DNA from: an uncultured Methanosarcinales archaeon
GTDB taxonomy: Archaea > Nanobdellota > Nanobdellia > Woesearchaeales > CAYVYK01
Assembly: GCA_964455675.1 (NCBI GenBank)
Contig: CAYVYK010000009.1
Location: 1-64,000, forward strand
Direction: 5' to 3'
Length of the DNA stretch: 64,000 bases
This document shows positions 9,546-20,163 of the stretch, one piece after another (within the stretch, counting starts at the first letter, position 1; every line of letters begins with the position of its first letter). The notes under the pieces were generated by a model. That model worked only from the letters and a program-made list of their open reading frames with translations. It searched no databases and was not told where the DNA came from. The position numbers and the translations under genes were made by a program.

Positions 9546-11528
9546 CTACAATGAGTATCCACAGCTTCCGCCAGAGGGCTGCAAACCCTGGATGCCCGCG
9601 AGACCCTCATGATACCATCTAAGAAGATTCTTCCGATACCTGCGCGGAAGAACGGACAACTTTTCTGACGCATGCTGATAAAAACCATCAACGGCCTCGC
9701 GGACTCGATCATGAACATCACCTGCGGCATACTCATGATACACACGAGTCAGCTGATCCCTAAAAGCGTCAAACTCACTCATCAAATGGCGAACAATCAT
9801 CAGAGGATTGTAATCCGCATCATTCCTCAACGCTTCATGAGTGATAGCACGGAAATGATCACCGTAAATCGCCTTCGCCACCGCCTCGGGAAATAACTGA
9901 GGATGATCCTTCAGTGTTCTTCCAAGGAATTTCACGTACTCAAACCTGCCCGGCCGCACGACCGTTTGCTTTGCGAGCGAACGCGCCAAAGCCTTAACCT
10001 CATTCATATGAACATCCCTTGCCGGCCGAGGTGAGGGACCAAGATGATCCATGAGGACACTGCACCGCGCATAATAATTCTTGCCGCTCCTATCATACAG
10101 CCTCGCGAGCAGCAGACGGTAGTTCTGCACGATCCGCGATGATTCCTCATCGACGATGGCGCGGTACGCAAGATTCTCAAGATTGGTTGGAATTCCCTGC
10201 TCCAACGCACGATCAACCGCCTTCTGCGGAACAAAGTTCAAAGAAAAGCTGTGCGTGTTATTCCCGAGAGAATCATTGAGGTACCTACCTTCCCTACGCA
10301 TGCGCTCATCCAAACGAGAACCCCTCGCAACAATCAGTAGGCCAGCCATGGCCGTCGGAATACCCGCTTCCTGGCAAAAATCAAAAATCTTATCACAAAT
10401 ATCCGGAGGGTCAGCATCATTTCCCACAATAAATCCGGCAGTAACCTCCATGCCATAACTTTGAATGGACCTCACTGCATCGAGCAAGTTCACCCTCACG
10501 TTCTGGCCCTTATCCATGCTCCTCAGCACGTCCCGGTCAGGGCTCTCGATGCCCACAAACACCATGTCAAAACCAGCGTCGCGCATCAGACCCATGAGCT
10601 CATGATCAACCGAAAGCCCGATGTCCGCCTCAGTATACAATCTAAATGGGTAACCGGCATGCTTCTGGAAGTCAGCCACGTCCCGAAGCACGGGCTTGAC
10701 ACTTTTCCGGTTGCCAATCAGGTTATCATCAACGACAAAAACACCACCGTGATACCCAGTAGCATGAATCGCCTCCAACTCAGCCACGAATTGGCCAGAT
10801 GTTTTCGACCGAAGCGTGTGGCCGTTCAGCGCAGGCTCAGTACAGAATTCACAATCAAACGGGCATCCCCTCCCCATCTGCATCGCCATCGATGCGTACG
10901 CGTTAATCTTGAGCAAGTCAAACCTTGGAATGGGAGAACCGGCCATCGCAGGTCTATCAGCAACCTGCACAATATCACCATCACTGCCCGCAAAGCCCAT
11001 GAGGAGATCCAAAGAGTTCTCATCGATCTTCCGCTCCCCAGACCGTCTTCTCAGCACCGGACGAGCATATACCCTCTTTGCCTCCCCCCTCGCAAAATCA
11101 GTGAGGAACGCATCAAGAACCCCGAGGCCTCCAGCCAGAGGCTCAGCTTCACCGAGCACAAAATGGTCAACACCATCAATCTGATCATAATACTGTGTCG
11201 GAAACGGACCGCCAGCAACAAGAGGGATCTTCCGGTTCGTGGATTTCCCGACGGCCCCTACCTGCCGGACGATGGCATCAAGAGACTTACGCTGGACAAC
11301 CATCGAGGAGGTAAACACCACATCCGACCACGCGATATCATCATCAGACAACTTTTCAATGTTCAGGTCGACCAACCGCACCTCGTCAGCTTTGGGCAGC
11401 AACGCAGCAACCGTGATTAAACCCAAAGGCGGCATGCTCGCCAGTTTCCCGATGTACGGAAGCGCGCCGCTAAAACCCCAATATGTGTCCTTTGGCATTT
11501 CCGGATAAACAAGCAGTATTTTTGACAT
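9546..11528 (-). CDS. B12-binding radical SAM protein (DUF4070-type)
   Basis: KILLVYP, PPLGLITVAALLP, GGPFPT, GEAE, RGCPFDCEFC, VFVGIES, AGFIVG. Confidence 0.92.
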   Translation of the reverse strand: MSKILLVYPEMPKDTYWGFSGALPYIGKLASMPPLGLITVAALLPKADEVRLVDLNIEKLSDDDIAWSDVVFTSSMVVQRKSLDAIVRQVGAVGKSTNRKIPLVAGGPFPTQYYDQIDGVDHFVLGEAEPLAGGLGVLDAFLTDFARGEAKRVYARPVLRRRSGERKIDENSLDLLMGFAGSDGDIVQVADRPAMAGSPIPRFDLLKINAYASMAMQMGRGCPFDCEFCTEPALNGHTLRSKTSGQFVAELEAIHATGYHGGVFVVDDNLIGNRKSVKPVLRDVADFQKHAGYPFRLYTEADIGLSVDHELMGLMRDAGFDMVFVGIESPDRDVLRSMDKGQNVRVNLLDAVRSIQSYGMEVTAGFIVGNDADPPDICDKIFDFCQEAGIPTAMAGLLIVARGSRLDERMRREGRYLNDSLGNNTHSFSLNFVPQKAVDRALEQGIPTNLENLAYRAIVDEESSRIVQNYRLLLARLYDRSGKNYYARCSVLMDHLGPSPRPARDVHMNEVKALARSLAKQTVVRPGRFEYVKFLGRTLKDHPQLFPEAVAKAIYGDHFRAITHEALRNDADYNPLMIVRHLMSEFDAFRDQLTRVYHEYAAGDVHDRVREAVDGFYQHASEKLSVLPRRYRKNLLRWYHEGLAGIQGLQPSGGSCGYSL

Positions 11529-11701
11529 GTTCAAACGTCCCCCATGCAACGGGAAGAAATTATTTATGGTATATAAACGCATGGTTGGAATATTTAACCA
11601 AATTAATCCACCACGGAGGTTTTTCATCCTCCCGATCGTTTCTCCTTTGTGCCAACGCCTCAAGGACGAGGCATGGAGATGATGCTAAATCAACTCAGAC
11701 T

Positions 11702-12181
11702 CTACTCAAACTTCCGCAGAATGTACTCATCGCCCACCTTTTCAAGCGTGCAATCAAAATATTCCTTTTCCTTCCTCCTCACCAGCCTCTCAATGATGAC
11801 AAAATCACTCGGAATAATCTTATCCTTCATCGACACGAGAAGATCAAGATCATACCAGTTGAGCACTCCCTCGGCATCAGTCGTAATATCGGTTGAGAGC
11901 GGATGCAGCTCGCACACATGCAAAATGAAATGCTGAAGAGTAGCACCATTCTCGACCAGCAGCTCAGAGACAACACCTAGATGAGCACGGAACGAAGCAT
12001 GAATACCCGACTCCTCCCGCAGTTCACGAACAGCAGCGGTGCTCACATGCTCATTCTTCTCCACCTTCCCGCCGGGAAGCCCAAGGAGACCTTTGTAATT
12101 ACCCTTTCCCCGCTCGATGAGTAGAAGCTTTTTCTTCCAGATTACAACCGCAACCGCAATAGACATAGGAAAGTGAGCCAT
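11702..12181 (-). CDS. NUDIX hydrolase (MutT-like)
   Basis: Nudix box GGKVEKNEHVSTAAVRELREESGI. Confidence 0.92.
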   Translation of the reverse strand: MAHFPMSIAVAVVIWKKKLLLIERGKGNYKGLLGLPGGKVEKNEHVSTAAVRELREESGIHASFRAHLGVVSELLVENGATLQHFILHVCELHPLSTDITTDAEGVLNWYDLDLLVSMKDKIIPSDFVIIERLVRRKEKEYFDCTLEKVGDEYILRKFE

Positions 12182-12224
12182 ACACAGCGTAGATGATACC
12201 CCCCCATAAATAGATTGCGAGTGA

Positions 12225-12542
12225 TTACAGATAAAGTTCTAAAGGAATAATAGAAAGGTCGGCAGCCACAGAACCGTCCTTCCGTATGGCATACCCCTTG
12301 TCCACAAGCAAGTCAACAGCTCTTGCGATGACATGCTCACCAAGATACGTGTCCCACATAGGGTGATGTAGTACACCGTCCCCTGCACCAGAGCGCTGAA
12401 ACGGATGACCAATGTAACCTTGCGCAACGATGGAGACGAGACGGCAGAATCTCTCCTCACGGATCGGCCGACCATACTCTCGCAAGCAGCGCAACACCAG
12501 CTTCTCTTCATCGCAAAGCATTTGCTCACGATTCACGCGCAT
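12225..12542 (-). CDS. Hypothetical protein, possibly a winged helix
   Basis: ORF fills the intergenic space; TATA-like tttaaa upstream. Confidence 0.5.
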   Translation of the reverse strand: MRVNREQMLCDEEKLVLRCLREYGRPIREERFCRLVSIVAQGYIGHPFQRSGAGDGVLHHPMWDTYLGEHVIARAVDLLVDKGYAIRKDGSVAADLSIIPLELYL

Positions 12543-12640
12543 AATAAAAATTTTTCCCAACAACAACGTTTAAATAGATTAATCCCGAGGAATGACGATA
12601 GAGCCGGAGAGCAAAACAACCCCCTTACCAAGGCATTCCC

Positions 12641-13579
12641 ATGATCGTCACCGATATCATTTTTTTCGTCGCAGCCATGTTCTTTCTCATCAAGAGCGCT
12701 GAGCTCTCCACGCGATTCGCATCTCGGGTGGCACGCGCATTCCACATGAGCGAATTCGTCCTCAGTTTCTTCATCGTCGCAGTCATATCAGCGATGCCGG
12801 AAACCGCGGTTGCCATCAACTCAGCAATCAAGGGAATACCACAATTCGGAATCTCCGCGCTCCTCGGCTCAAACGTCGCAGACCTCACGCTCGTCTTTGG
12901 CGTCGTCGCAATGTTCTCAACAAGCGGGATCGCAGTAAGAAGCCAGCTCCTACGCAAAGACTTCCTCTACGTTTTCCTCCTCCTCTTCCCACTGCTCCTT
13001 GGGAGCGACGGACAGTTCACACGGTATGACGGAGCGCTCCTCCTCCTCTCGGGAATGTTCTTTTTCTTCACGCTATCGATCGAAACAAAAATGTTCCGCA
13101 AGGAAGCACCCGTACCGCACGAGCATTCCACCATCAAGAATGCCATCTACCTCGTGCTCGGAATCCTCGTACTCCTCGTCAGCGCCTCGTATACCGTCAA
13201 GTACGGCGTGTATCTCGCGAAGGATTTGGGCATGCCAGAGACACTCATCGGACTCATCTTCGTGTCACTTGGAACGTGCCTACCCGAACTCCTCTTCTCA
13301 ATTCAGAGTATCAGGCACAATCATGACGCACTCGCGCTTGGAGATATCCTTGGCACAGTGATCATCGACGCAACCATCGTCGTAGGAATCGTATCCCTCA
13401 TCAAGCCCTTCGCAATCAGCCCGCTCCTGGTCGGAACGGCAGGCGGGGCGATGTTCATAGCAGGCATCACCACAATCTTCTTCATACGGTCAGACAAGGT
13501 CATCTCAAAAAAAGAAGGACTCATTCTCATGATGCTGTACCTTTTCTTCGTGTTTCTCCAATTCATCCTCGCACGATAG
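12641..13579 (+). CDS. Sodium:calcium antiporter (YrbG/CaCA family), second paralog
   Basis: SAMPE...GSNVAD and GTCLPEL...GDILGT. Confidence 0.92.
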   Translation: MIVTDIIFFVAAMFFLIKSAELSTRFASRVARAFHMSEFVLSFFIVAVISAMPETAVAINSAIKGIPQFGISALLGSNVADLTLVFGVVAMFSTSGIAVRSQLLRKDFLYVFLLLFPLLLGSDGQFTRYDGALLLLSGMFFFFTLSIETKMFRKEAPVPHEHSTIKNAIYLVLGILVLLVSASYTVKYGVYLAKDLGMPETLIGLIFVSLGTCLPELLFSIQSIRHNHDALALGDILGTVIIDATIVVGIVSLIKPFAISPLLVGTAGGAMFIAGITTIFFIRSDKVISKKEGLILMMLYLFFVFLQFILAR

Positions 13580-13584
13580 AAGCA

Positions 13585-15750
13585 TCATTCAATTCTCGCA
13601 CGACGAAGCAACAAGGAATTACTGACAACACTGACACTACTTGCCGCCATCGCGGCACCAGCGATCATAGGCGAGAGGAGGTAGCCCGTGAATGGATAAA
13701 GAACGCCAGCCGCAATCGGAATACCAAGAATGTTGTAGACGAGCGCCCAGAACATATTCTGCCTGATCGTTGCCATAGTCTTCCTGCTCAAGGAGAGAGC
13801 CTTTGGCAGATCAGCAAGATCATCACGCATGAGCACGATATTACCTGTCTCCATGGCAACGTCCGTCCCAGATCCCATGGCAATACCAATGTCCGCCTGC
13901 GCGAGCGCAGGAGCATCGTTTATACCATCACCCACCATCGCAACCTTTCCTTCCCGTTGCAACCGTTTTACGTGGCTAGCCTTGTCAGCTGGAAGTACAT
14001 CAGCAAAAAAACTCTCGATGCCAACTTGCGCTGCTATCGCCTTTGCGGTCCGGGCGTTATCACCAGTCATCATATGCACATGAATACCCATGGATTTGAG
14101 ATCGGACACCACTTTGCGAGCCTCTGGCTTTACCGTGTCCGCGACAGCAAGCACGCCTAACACTTTGCGCGCACTCGCGAGAAACATTACTGTGCTTGCG
14201 CCATCCTCTAAAGCGCGCGCTTCCTCGTGATAAGGATTAGTTATACGATACTTACTCATCAACCGCTGGTTCCCCAGGTAGTACTTCGTTCCACGTATCG
14301 TGCCGGCAACACCGTGACCCGGAATAGCCTTAAAACCGGTGACTGCATAGAGATGCAAATCCTTGCCTTTCGCGAGAATAGCTTCTGCGAGCGGATGCTC
14401 GCTTCTCTTCTCCAGCGAAGCTGCCAACCTCAGAATATTGTCCTTATCCCGGTCAGAATCTTTTCCATGAATTGTGTGAAGGACAGGCTTACCTTTGGTC
14501 AATGTGCCAGTCTTATCAAAAATGACATGCTTGATCCCATGAGCAGCCTCTAGCGCATCACCACCCTTAATCAAAATCCCCTCCCTCGCACCCTTGCCAG
14601 TACCGACCATGACAGCTGTTGGCGTTGCAAGGCCAAGCGCGCACGGACAGGCGATGACGAGAACTGAAACCGCTGCGATGAGCGCGAAGCCCACATCATC
14701 CTTGACAATCATCCACACGATGAATGTAGCAAGAGAGATAAAAAGTACAATGGGAACAAAATACGCTGAGATATAGTCAGCAAAACGCTGAATCGGCGCT
14801 TTCTTTCCTTGCGCATCCGCAACAAGCTTTATGATTCTCGCGAGCGTCGTATGCTCTCCGATCTTCGTTGCCCGGAACCTGAATGCGCCAAGCTTGTTCT
14901 GCGTGGCACCAACCACTGCATCACCCTTCTTCTTTGCCACAGGCATGGATTCCCCTGTAATCATGCTCTCATCGACGGACGAAGAACCCTCAATGAGGAT
15001 CCCGTCAACCGGAATCTTTTCACCTGGTTTTACTACCACAGTGTCACCGATTTTCACGTCATCAACAGGGATTATCAATTCCTTCCCCTTACGGACGATT
15101 GTCGCGAGCTTTGGTCGCAGACCAATCAGTTTCTTTATCGCATCAGCAGTCTTCATTCTTGCCTTGGCCTCAAGAACCCGGCCGAGAATCACGATTGTGA
15201 TCAGGACCGCGCTTGCCTCAAAATACGTAGTCATACCCCCTGTCAATAATGAATAGACACTAAAAAGATAGGCAGCGGACGTACCAAGGACTATCAAAGA
15301 GTCCATGTTCGCCGAAAAGGAACGCAATGCAAGGAAGGCACTTCTATACATGCCCCACGCACCCACAATCTGTACCGGTGTCGCGAGAGCCCAGAGGATG
15401 TATCCCGAGATTGGAAACCACATGGCTACCATCCCAAGAATAAATGCTGGGATTGCGAAGATGACACAGAAGAGCAACAGATTGCGGAGTTTCTTGAGCT
15501 CTTTGCCCTCAGTCAATTCCAACGGCGCCTGATGCACAGCATGATAGCCCTTACGCTCAACTGCATTCATTAGGGCATCAATCGACGCAAGTTGAGGATT
15601 GTATTCTATAGTAGCGCTCCTCGTGACTAGATTCACATTCGCTGACGACACACCGGGTACATTCTGCAAGCACTTTGACACAACAGACGTGCAACTCGCA
15701 CAATGCATGCCTTCAATCCCGAGATCAACCGTTGCCACACCGCACCTCAA
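13585..15750 (-). CDS. copA: Copper-translocating P1B-type ATPase
   Basis: GMHCASC HMA domain, [35 protein letters not shown] and MAASS motifs. Confidence 0.96.
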   Translation of the reverse strand: MRCGVATVDLGIEGMHCASCTSVVSKCLQNVPGVSSANVNLVTRSATIEYNPQLASIDALMNAVERKGYHAVHQAPLELTEGKELKKLRNLLLFCVIFAIPAFILGMVAMWFPISGYILWALATPVQIVGAWGMYRSAFLALRSFSANMDSLIVLGTSAAYLFSVYSLLTGGMTTYFEASAVLITIVILGRVLEAKARMKTADAIKKLIGLRPKLATIVRKGKELIIPVDDVKIGDTVVVKPGEKIPVDGILIEGSSSVDESMITGESMPVAKKKGDAVVGATQNKLGAFRFRATKIGEHTTLARIIKLVADAQGKKAPIQRFADYISAYFVPIVLFISLATFIVWMIVKDDVGFALIAAVSVLVIACPCALGLATPTAVMVGTGKGAREGILIKGGDALEAAHGIKHVIFDKTGTLTKGKPVLHTIHGKDSDRDKDNILRLAASLEKRSEHPLAEAILAKGKDLHLYAVTGFKAIPGHGVAGTIRGTKYYLGNQRLMSKYRITNPYHEEARALEDGASTVMFLASARKVLGVLAVADTVKPEARKVVSDLKSMGIHVHMMTGDNARTAKAIAAQVGIESFFADVLPADKASHVKRLQREGKVAMVGDGINDAPALAQADIGIAMGSGTDVAMETGNIVLMRDDLADLPKALSLSRKTMATIRQNMFWALVYNILGIPIAAGVLYPFTGYLLSPMIAGAAMAASSVSVVSNSLLLRRARIE

Positions 15751-16202
15751 ACATAACGAAACGCATTCCCCGCGAGTTCTGACTTGCTGATGTACACATA
15801 ATTATCCTGCTCTATGTTCTCAAGTCTTGAGGGCCAGCACCCACCACGCGAGTTGGAAATCCCAATATCCGCGATACTGAAGCGCAGACCACAATTATTG
15901 CACACCACATCCGTTCCATCCTGGGTATAGCCCTTCGCGCCGCACACGTCACAGGCGTCCAAAGCAGTCCGCACTGCACCAGATTCATCCTTCACCACAA
16001 AATACCTGACAGAAACGCCATTCACTTCATACGTGTACTTCTTGAGTTCTGATGAAACTTCGGAACGAGGGATCTTCACATAGTCTTCCTCAAGGATAGC
16101 ACTAGCTGTCACATCAGACTTTATCACATCAGATTGGACCTCTGTACTACAGCCAACGAGCAAGCCTACGAGGAGAACAACAATCAAAAGATACGCTCTC
16201 AT
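15747..16202 (-). CDS. DUF2318-like Fe-S/metal-binding lipoprotein
   Basis: Lipobox [12 protein letters not shown]...[14 protein letters not shown]...GGCWP. Confidence 0.85.
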   Translation of the reverse strand: MRAYLLIVVLLVGLLVGCSTEVQSDVIKSDVTASAILEEDYVKIPRSEVSSELKKYTYEVNGVSVRYFVVKDESGAVRTALDACDVCGAKGYTQDGTDVVCNNCGLRFSIADIGISNSRGGCWPSRLENIEQDNYVYISKSELAGNAFRYV

Positions 16203-17233
16203 CTTCCACACCCCCCACACGCGCCAGTACCGCCTCCACCGCAGGATCCACCGCAAGATCCGCCACATGAGCCACCGCAGGATCCACCACATGAAGTTGT
16301 ACGCGGTTGAGAATCTACCGCACTACCTTGTACCGCACTACCTTGCACTGCACTTGTCTGAATAGGTGCTGATGCATCTGACGAAGGGGACGGCAATGCA
16401 ATAGGTTCCTTGGTTATCGTCGCAGGGTATGATTTGAAGACGGCCAGCCTAAGCATCTCATCCTTTGACGTTCGCGAGGAGTCGTACGTCACATCAAAGT
16501 TTTCCGGGAAGCTGAACTTCACGTCCACAACGCCATCAATAGACTTAAGGTCCTCACTGATGAGCGGTGCGTGCCCTGGGCAGGGAATATCGACGGACAT
16601 CGACAATGATGCCAGGTTTCCCTCTGCTACGATCGGCGCATCAGATTTGGCAATCGACACATTTGCTGCAAGTGGAAAGATGACGAGGAAGATCAGCAAG
16701 TTCACACCAACGGTTAGACCATACATCGTCGAAAGGTAACCCCACTTACGCTTTGCGCCCTGGTAGCTAAGCAAACCATTACTGCGCAAATAGAGTATTG
16801 AAGAGAGAGTCGCAAATCCGAGCGAAATAAGAATCAGGGCGTGGAAGAAATACCTGCTTAACATGAGCGGCCTAAACACGTTCATCAGGATGGAAACACC
16901 AAAGATGGATCCGATGAGAAACGCAATGCAACCTGCGTGGGGAACGACTCCATACAGAATCCCCTTCCAGAATCCACGCTTGCCAGAACCATTACCAGAA
17001 CCGTTTGACTCGCCATGCTGATCCATGCGCGACACCGAATAACCCAAATCACTGATTTTGCCGTGAATGGCATCCTTACCCACTACGCTCTCATCATACT
17101 CCACTAACGCTTTATTTGAGGAGAGGTCAACCTTCACCTTATTGATACCCTTGAGCTCCGAGAGCCCGGACTCGATTTTTTCCACACAACTCTTACAATG
17201 CATTCCGTGTACTGGTATTGTTACTTTTTGCAT
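16199..17233 (-). CDS. Heavy-metal-associated (HMA) membrane protein with a second HMA-like domain and a Cys/Gly-rich tail
   Basis: GMHCKSC; PHAGC in a TM segment; IPCPGH; C-terminal (SCGG)x5; SD ggaggtg. Confidence 0.85.
   Translation of the reverse strand: MQKVTIPVHGMHCKSCVEKIESGLSELKGINKVKVDLSSNKALVEYDESVVGKDAIHGKISDLGYSVSRMDQHGESNGSGNGSGKRGFWKGILYGVVPHAGCIAFLIGSIFGVSILMNVFRPLMLSRYFFHALILISLGFATLSSILYLRSNGLLSYQGAKRKWGYLSTMYGLTVGVNLLIFLVIFPLAANVSIAKSDAPIVAEGNLASLSMSVDIPCPGHAPLISEDLKSIDGVVDVKFSFPENFDVTYDSSRTSKDEMLRLAVFKSYPATITKEPIALPSPSSDASAPIQTSAVQGSAVQGSAVDSQPRTTSCGGSCGGSCGGSCGGSCGGGGTGACGGCGR
16237..16296. repeat. 12-bp coding tandem repeat (SCGG)x5
   Basis: ccaccgcaggat / ccaccgcaagat / ccgccacatgag / ccaccgcaggat / ccaccacatgaa. 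Confidence 0.85.
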
Positions 17234-17295
17234 ATGAACACCTCCTAACGTTTCCTGAAATGAGGACATATATTACTACCTATGCAGGATCTGGA

Positions 17296-17313
17296 ATGAG
17301 CAATATTGTTCAT
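17296..17313. promoter_or_regulatory. Imperfect palindrome, candidate operator in the cop/regulator divergent region
   Basis: ATGAGCAATATTGTTCAT matches its reverse complement at 16 of 18 positions. Confidence 0.45.
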
Positions 17314-17383
17314 AACTCGCAAATTCCAACGCTCGATCGTTTAAAGGCAAATTTTATATACAATTCCCTGATTGGAAGATCCT

Positions 17384-17926
17384 ATGAAATCGAAGCATAT
17401 CGGAATCATCATCATCATCCTAAGCATCGTGCTCGCGGCTCTCGTTTATGGAGCGAAAATTCGAGAAGATCGATATATCAATGACATCATCGATGAGACC
17501 GGATCCTGTTACCTATCCGACGGCACGTGCCTTCATGAAGACAGAAGCATGACGATCTATATCATCGGATGGGCGATTGCAGTAGCGATGATCCTCTTTG
17601 GCGTGTACCTTACATTCTTTGATCGCACGGAGGAATTCCTTGAGAAACATCAGGTGACAGTCAGCAGAGCACTCGAAAACGCGAAAAAAGAAGATCGGGC
17701 GAAAGACGAATTCAAGGCATTCCTCGCAGGTTTCAATGCCGATGAACGAAAGGTCATTGAAAATGTGTATGACCAGGACGGAATCCAACAGTCAACACTG
17801 CGCTACAAAACAGGGTTGTCAAAAGCGATGCTATCACTCGTACTGAAGTCTCTCGAGGAGAGAGGATTCGTCAACCGGAAAGAAAGCGGGAAGACGAAAC
17901 AAGTGTTCTTTGTCAAGAAGTTCTGA
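17384..17926 (+). CDS. Membrane-anchored winged-helix (MarR-like) transcription regulator
   Basis: Two TM flank CYLSDGTCLH; C-terminal GIQQSTLRYKTGLSKAMLSLVLKSLEERGFVNRKESGKT. Confidence 0.85.
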   Translation: MKSKHIGIIIIILSIVLAALVYGAKIREDRYINDIIDETGSCYLSDGTCLHEDRSMTIYIIGWAIAVAMILFGVYLTFFDRTEEFLEKHQVTVSRALENAKKEDRAKDEFKAFLAGFNADERKVIENVYDQDGIQQSTLRYKTGLSKAMLSLVLKSLEERGFVNRKESGKTKQVFFVKKF

Positions 17927-17949
17927 AGCTTACGCATAGTCTGCACAGA

Positions 17950-18231
17950 CTAGCGCTCATCCAACCCATAGGAACGCATGAAATTCTTGATAATCGTAAA
18001 ATCGCGAATGTAATCGAAGCCCTTCTCCGTCAGCGAGTATGACGTCCTTCCACCAGATTGCTCCCGCGTGATCAGTTCAAGAGCCAGCAGTTCCTGCAAA
18101 TATTCCTTGAGCATTTTGCTTGAGAGGTTTGACTTGTACAGAATGTGCGTCGGCTTCACATGGCCCCTACGGTCACGAATGACGAGCAGGATGTCCAATA
18201 TGATCTCCAACCGTTCACGCTTTCGTATCAT
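17950..18231 (-). CDS. Archaeal winged-helix transcription regulator
   Basis: KRERLEIILDIL...KPTHILYKSNLS...YSLTEKG. Confidence 0.88.
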   Translation of the reverse strand: MIRKRERLEIILDILLVIRDRRGHVKPTHILYKSNLSSKMLKEYLQELLALELITREQSGGRTSYSLTEKGFDYIRDFTIIKNFMRSYGLDER

Positions 18232-18890
18232 CGTCGCAGCACCATGGCGAGGTTTACCATAAGTAGCACATATGCGAGCAATTCTATCACATGCCCCCAG
18301 ATGTAGAGCATCTCCACCCGGAGCGAGAGCAGAAACAGCAGCCGGCTCAGAAATAACCCAGAGAAGGCAGCGGCAACCAACAATGTCTCCACACGAAACG
18401 TCTTGATATACACTCCCATAAAATGCCACGCGATAAAAAAGAGCAAGACCGAAGAGAAGAGCAGGAAGGAATAGACGGGACCAGCGCTGGATATAATCCC
18501 GGCAAAGGAAAGCACAAGCAGAACGGCCAAAGGCCGCACATCACGAGACTGAAATGACATAAACAGCAGGACGAGCAAACCAAGAATCATAAACGCCATA
18601 TGAAGAAGCATTGAATAATCGTGCAGAAATGACTGACTCGGAAGCTGCAACGACCCACAGACGAACTCATCCACTTTCGATAAATCAAACACATGGATGA
18701 GCGATTCTACCCAGTAGGATCCAGCGATCAGAAGAAAAGCGAGACCAAGGAGTTTTGCTGAACGATCCTGGTACGAACGATGGACTCGGAACGCAAGCAA
18801 TGCCAGCAGAGACACAGCTAATGCAAAAATAACTTCGAATACTAGATCCCAAACTAGGAACCATGCAGGCCCACATTCCACCAACAACAT
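18228..18890 (-). CDS. About 7-TM membrane protein coupled to the wHTH gene
   Basis: Hydrophobic 220-aa ORF; ATGA overlap with the wHTH gene. Confidence 0.75.
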   Translation of the reverse strand: MLLVECGPAWFLVWDLVFEVIFALAVSLLALLAFRVHRSYQDRSAKLLGLAFLLIAGSYWVESLIHVFDLSKVDEFVCGSLQLPSQSFLHDYSMLLHMAFMILGLLVLLFMSFQSRDVRPLAVLLVLSFAGIISSAGPVYSFLLFSSVLLFFIAWHFMGVYIKTFRVETLLVAAAFSGLFLSRLLFLLSLRVEMLYIWGHVIELLAYVLLMVNLAMVLRR

Positions 18891-18971
18891 AGTAAACCCT
18901 TCAGGAACTGGCTATATAAGAATTATGGAAGACAAATCAGCATATTCGCGAGCTTCGTATTAAAAAAAGTA

Positions 18972-19178
18972 TTGTTCTGCATACCTTACACATTTATTGT
19001 AGTGTGGAATATGTTATCGATTGTGTGCGGGGTATACTTCCTATGGGGGTTATCACAGGTTCTAGCATCGGCAGTCGTATCAAGCATCTTCCTCACCTTG
19101 ATCACGGTATTCCTTGCTGAAAAAGGGTATTTCCGAGGAATGCACACTTTCTTTCGAGCAGCGCAGTCAAAGATATAA
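18972..19178 (+). CDS. Possible small membrane protein (start uncertain)
   Basis: Two hydrophobic segments; no clear start. Confidence 0.3.
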   Translation: MFCIPYTFIVVWNMLSIVCGVYFLWGLSQVLASAVVSSIFLTLITVFLAEKGYFRGMHTFFRAAQSKI

Positions 19179-19310
19179 TCGGATAAGCGCGCTATGTGCG
19201 ATATTCCTTACTGTGAGCCTTTACTTGAATGAAATGAGCTGATTACCGAGTAATCATAACTACTTATGAGTAGCAATAAGTTTATATAGATAGGAATCTA
19301 CCACCACCCT

Positions 19311-19985
19311 ATGCAGCGAGCAGAAGCAATCGCGTGGGTACGGACCCTTGTCGAGGAACATCCAGAAACCGTCCTTGATCCACAAGGATTTCTCAAACAT
19401 GTCGGGCAGGTGTATGACACCGCAGAAGAAGTCACCAGAAAAATCACTACCCTGTACCCTCGCATGCCATTACAGATCGATGAGGTCGCGCTCGCCGCAG
19501 GCCTTCATGATATCGGCAGGCCACTATCGAAAGATCAACTGTTTCATGAACTCCGCGGAGCAGCATACCTTGAACGCGAAGCAATCGGTCAGGGAGCCGT
19601 GCAGCGACCACTTGACGTATACCGCCTGGCCCAAATGATCAGGTCGCACGGATTCGTTTATGAATTCTGGAACGATCCAGACCACGCAGATCAACGCACA
19701 GAATTCAAACCCCTCGAAGCATGCCTTCTTGTACCACGAACATGGCAGGAATCAATCGTCACATACTCGGACCTTGCGAGCTACCAAGGACAAAGGGTCA
19801 AGGTTGAGGATAGACTACGAGAAATCCTCCACCGCTATGAAACAGACGAAAGGTACAGAAACGGAGCGGTACTGCGCGCCACACGAGAGGCAGAACCGCG
19901 AATCCTTGATCTTGCCGCACGAGTGGAAGCGCTCGAAGCTGGAAAACTCAGCGAAGGAGACATCGCGCGGTACGGATTTCTGTAA
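19311..19985 (+). CDS. HD-domain phosphohydrolase
   Basis: KHV...AAGLHDIGR...HELRGA...RSHG...YSD; TATA tttatata upstream. Confidence 0.88.
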   Translation: MQRAEAIAWVRTLVEEHPETVLDPQGFLKHVGQVYDTAEEVTRKITTLYPRMPLQIDEVALAAGLHDIGRPLSKDQLFHELRGAAYLEREAIGQGAVQRPLDVYRLAQMIRSHGFVYEFWNDPDHADQRTEFKPLEACLLVPRTWQESIVTYSDLASYQGQRVKVEDRLREILHRYETDERYRNGAVLRATREAEPRILDLAARVEALEAGKLSEGDIARYGFL

Positions 19986-20163
19986 ACGCAGTTCACCGCA
20001 AAGAGTATATTTGCAAGTCTCATTCTTCATACGCATGGCACTAGAAGAAACAGTTGACGGACGCGCCAGATACAGGCGCATTCTCGACCATACGGCCAAC
20101 TTCAGATATTTTATGGATCACTGGCCGGAACTCTGCAGAGAACACCATTCCCAAGACTCGCGC

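Noticed and set aside
10461..11420. Long antisense ORFs (also 25350-26141 and 1389-2063)
   Set aside because: Shadows of well-supported genes on the opposite strand
16203..16292. Trp/Arg-rich (WILR)n peptide resembling an antimicrobial peptide
   Set aside because: Alternative frame of the SCGG repeat; the DUF2318 gene starts at 16202
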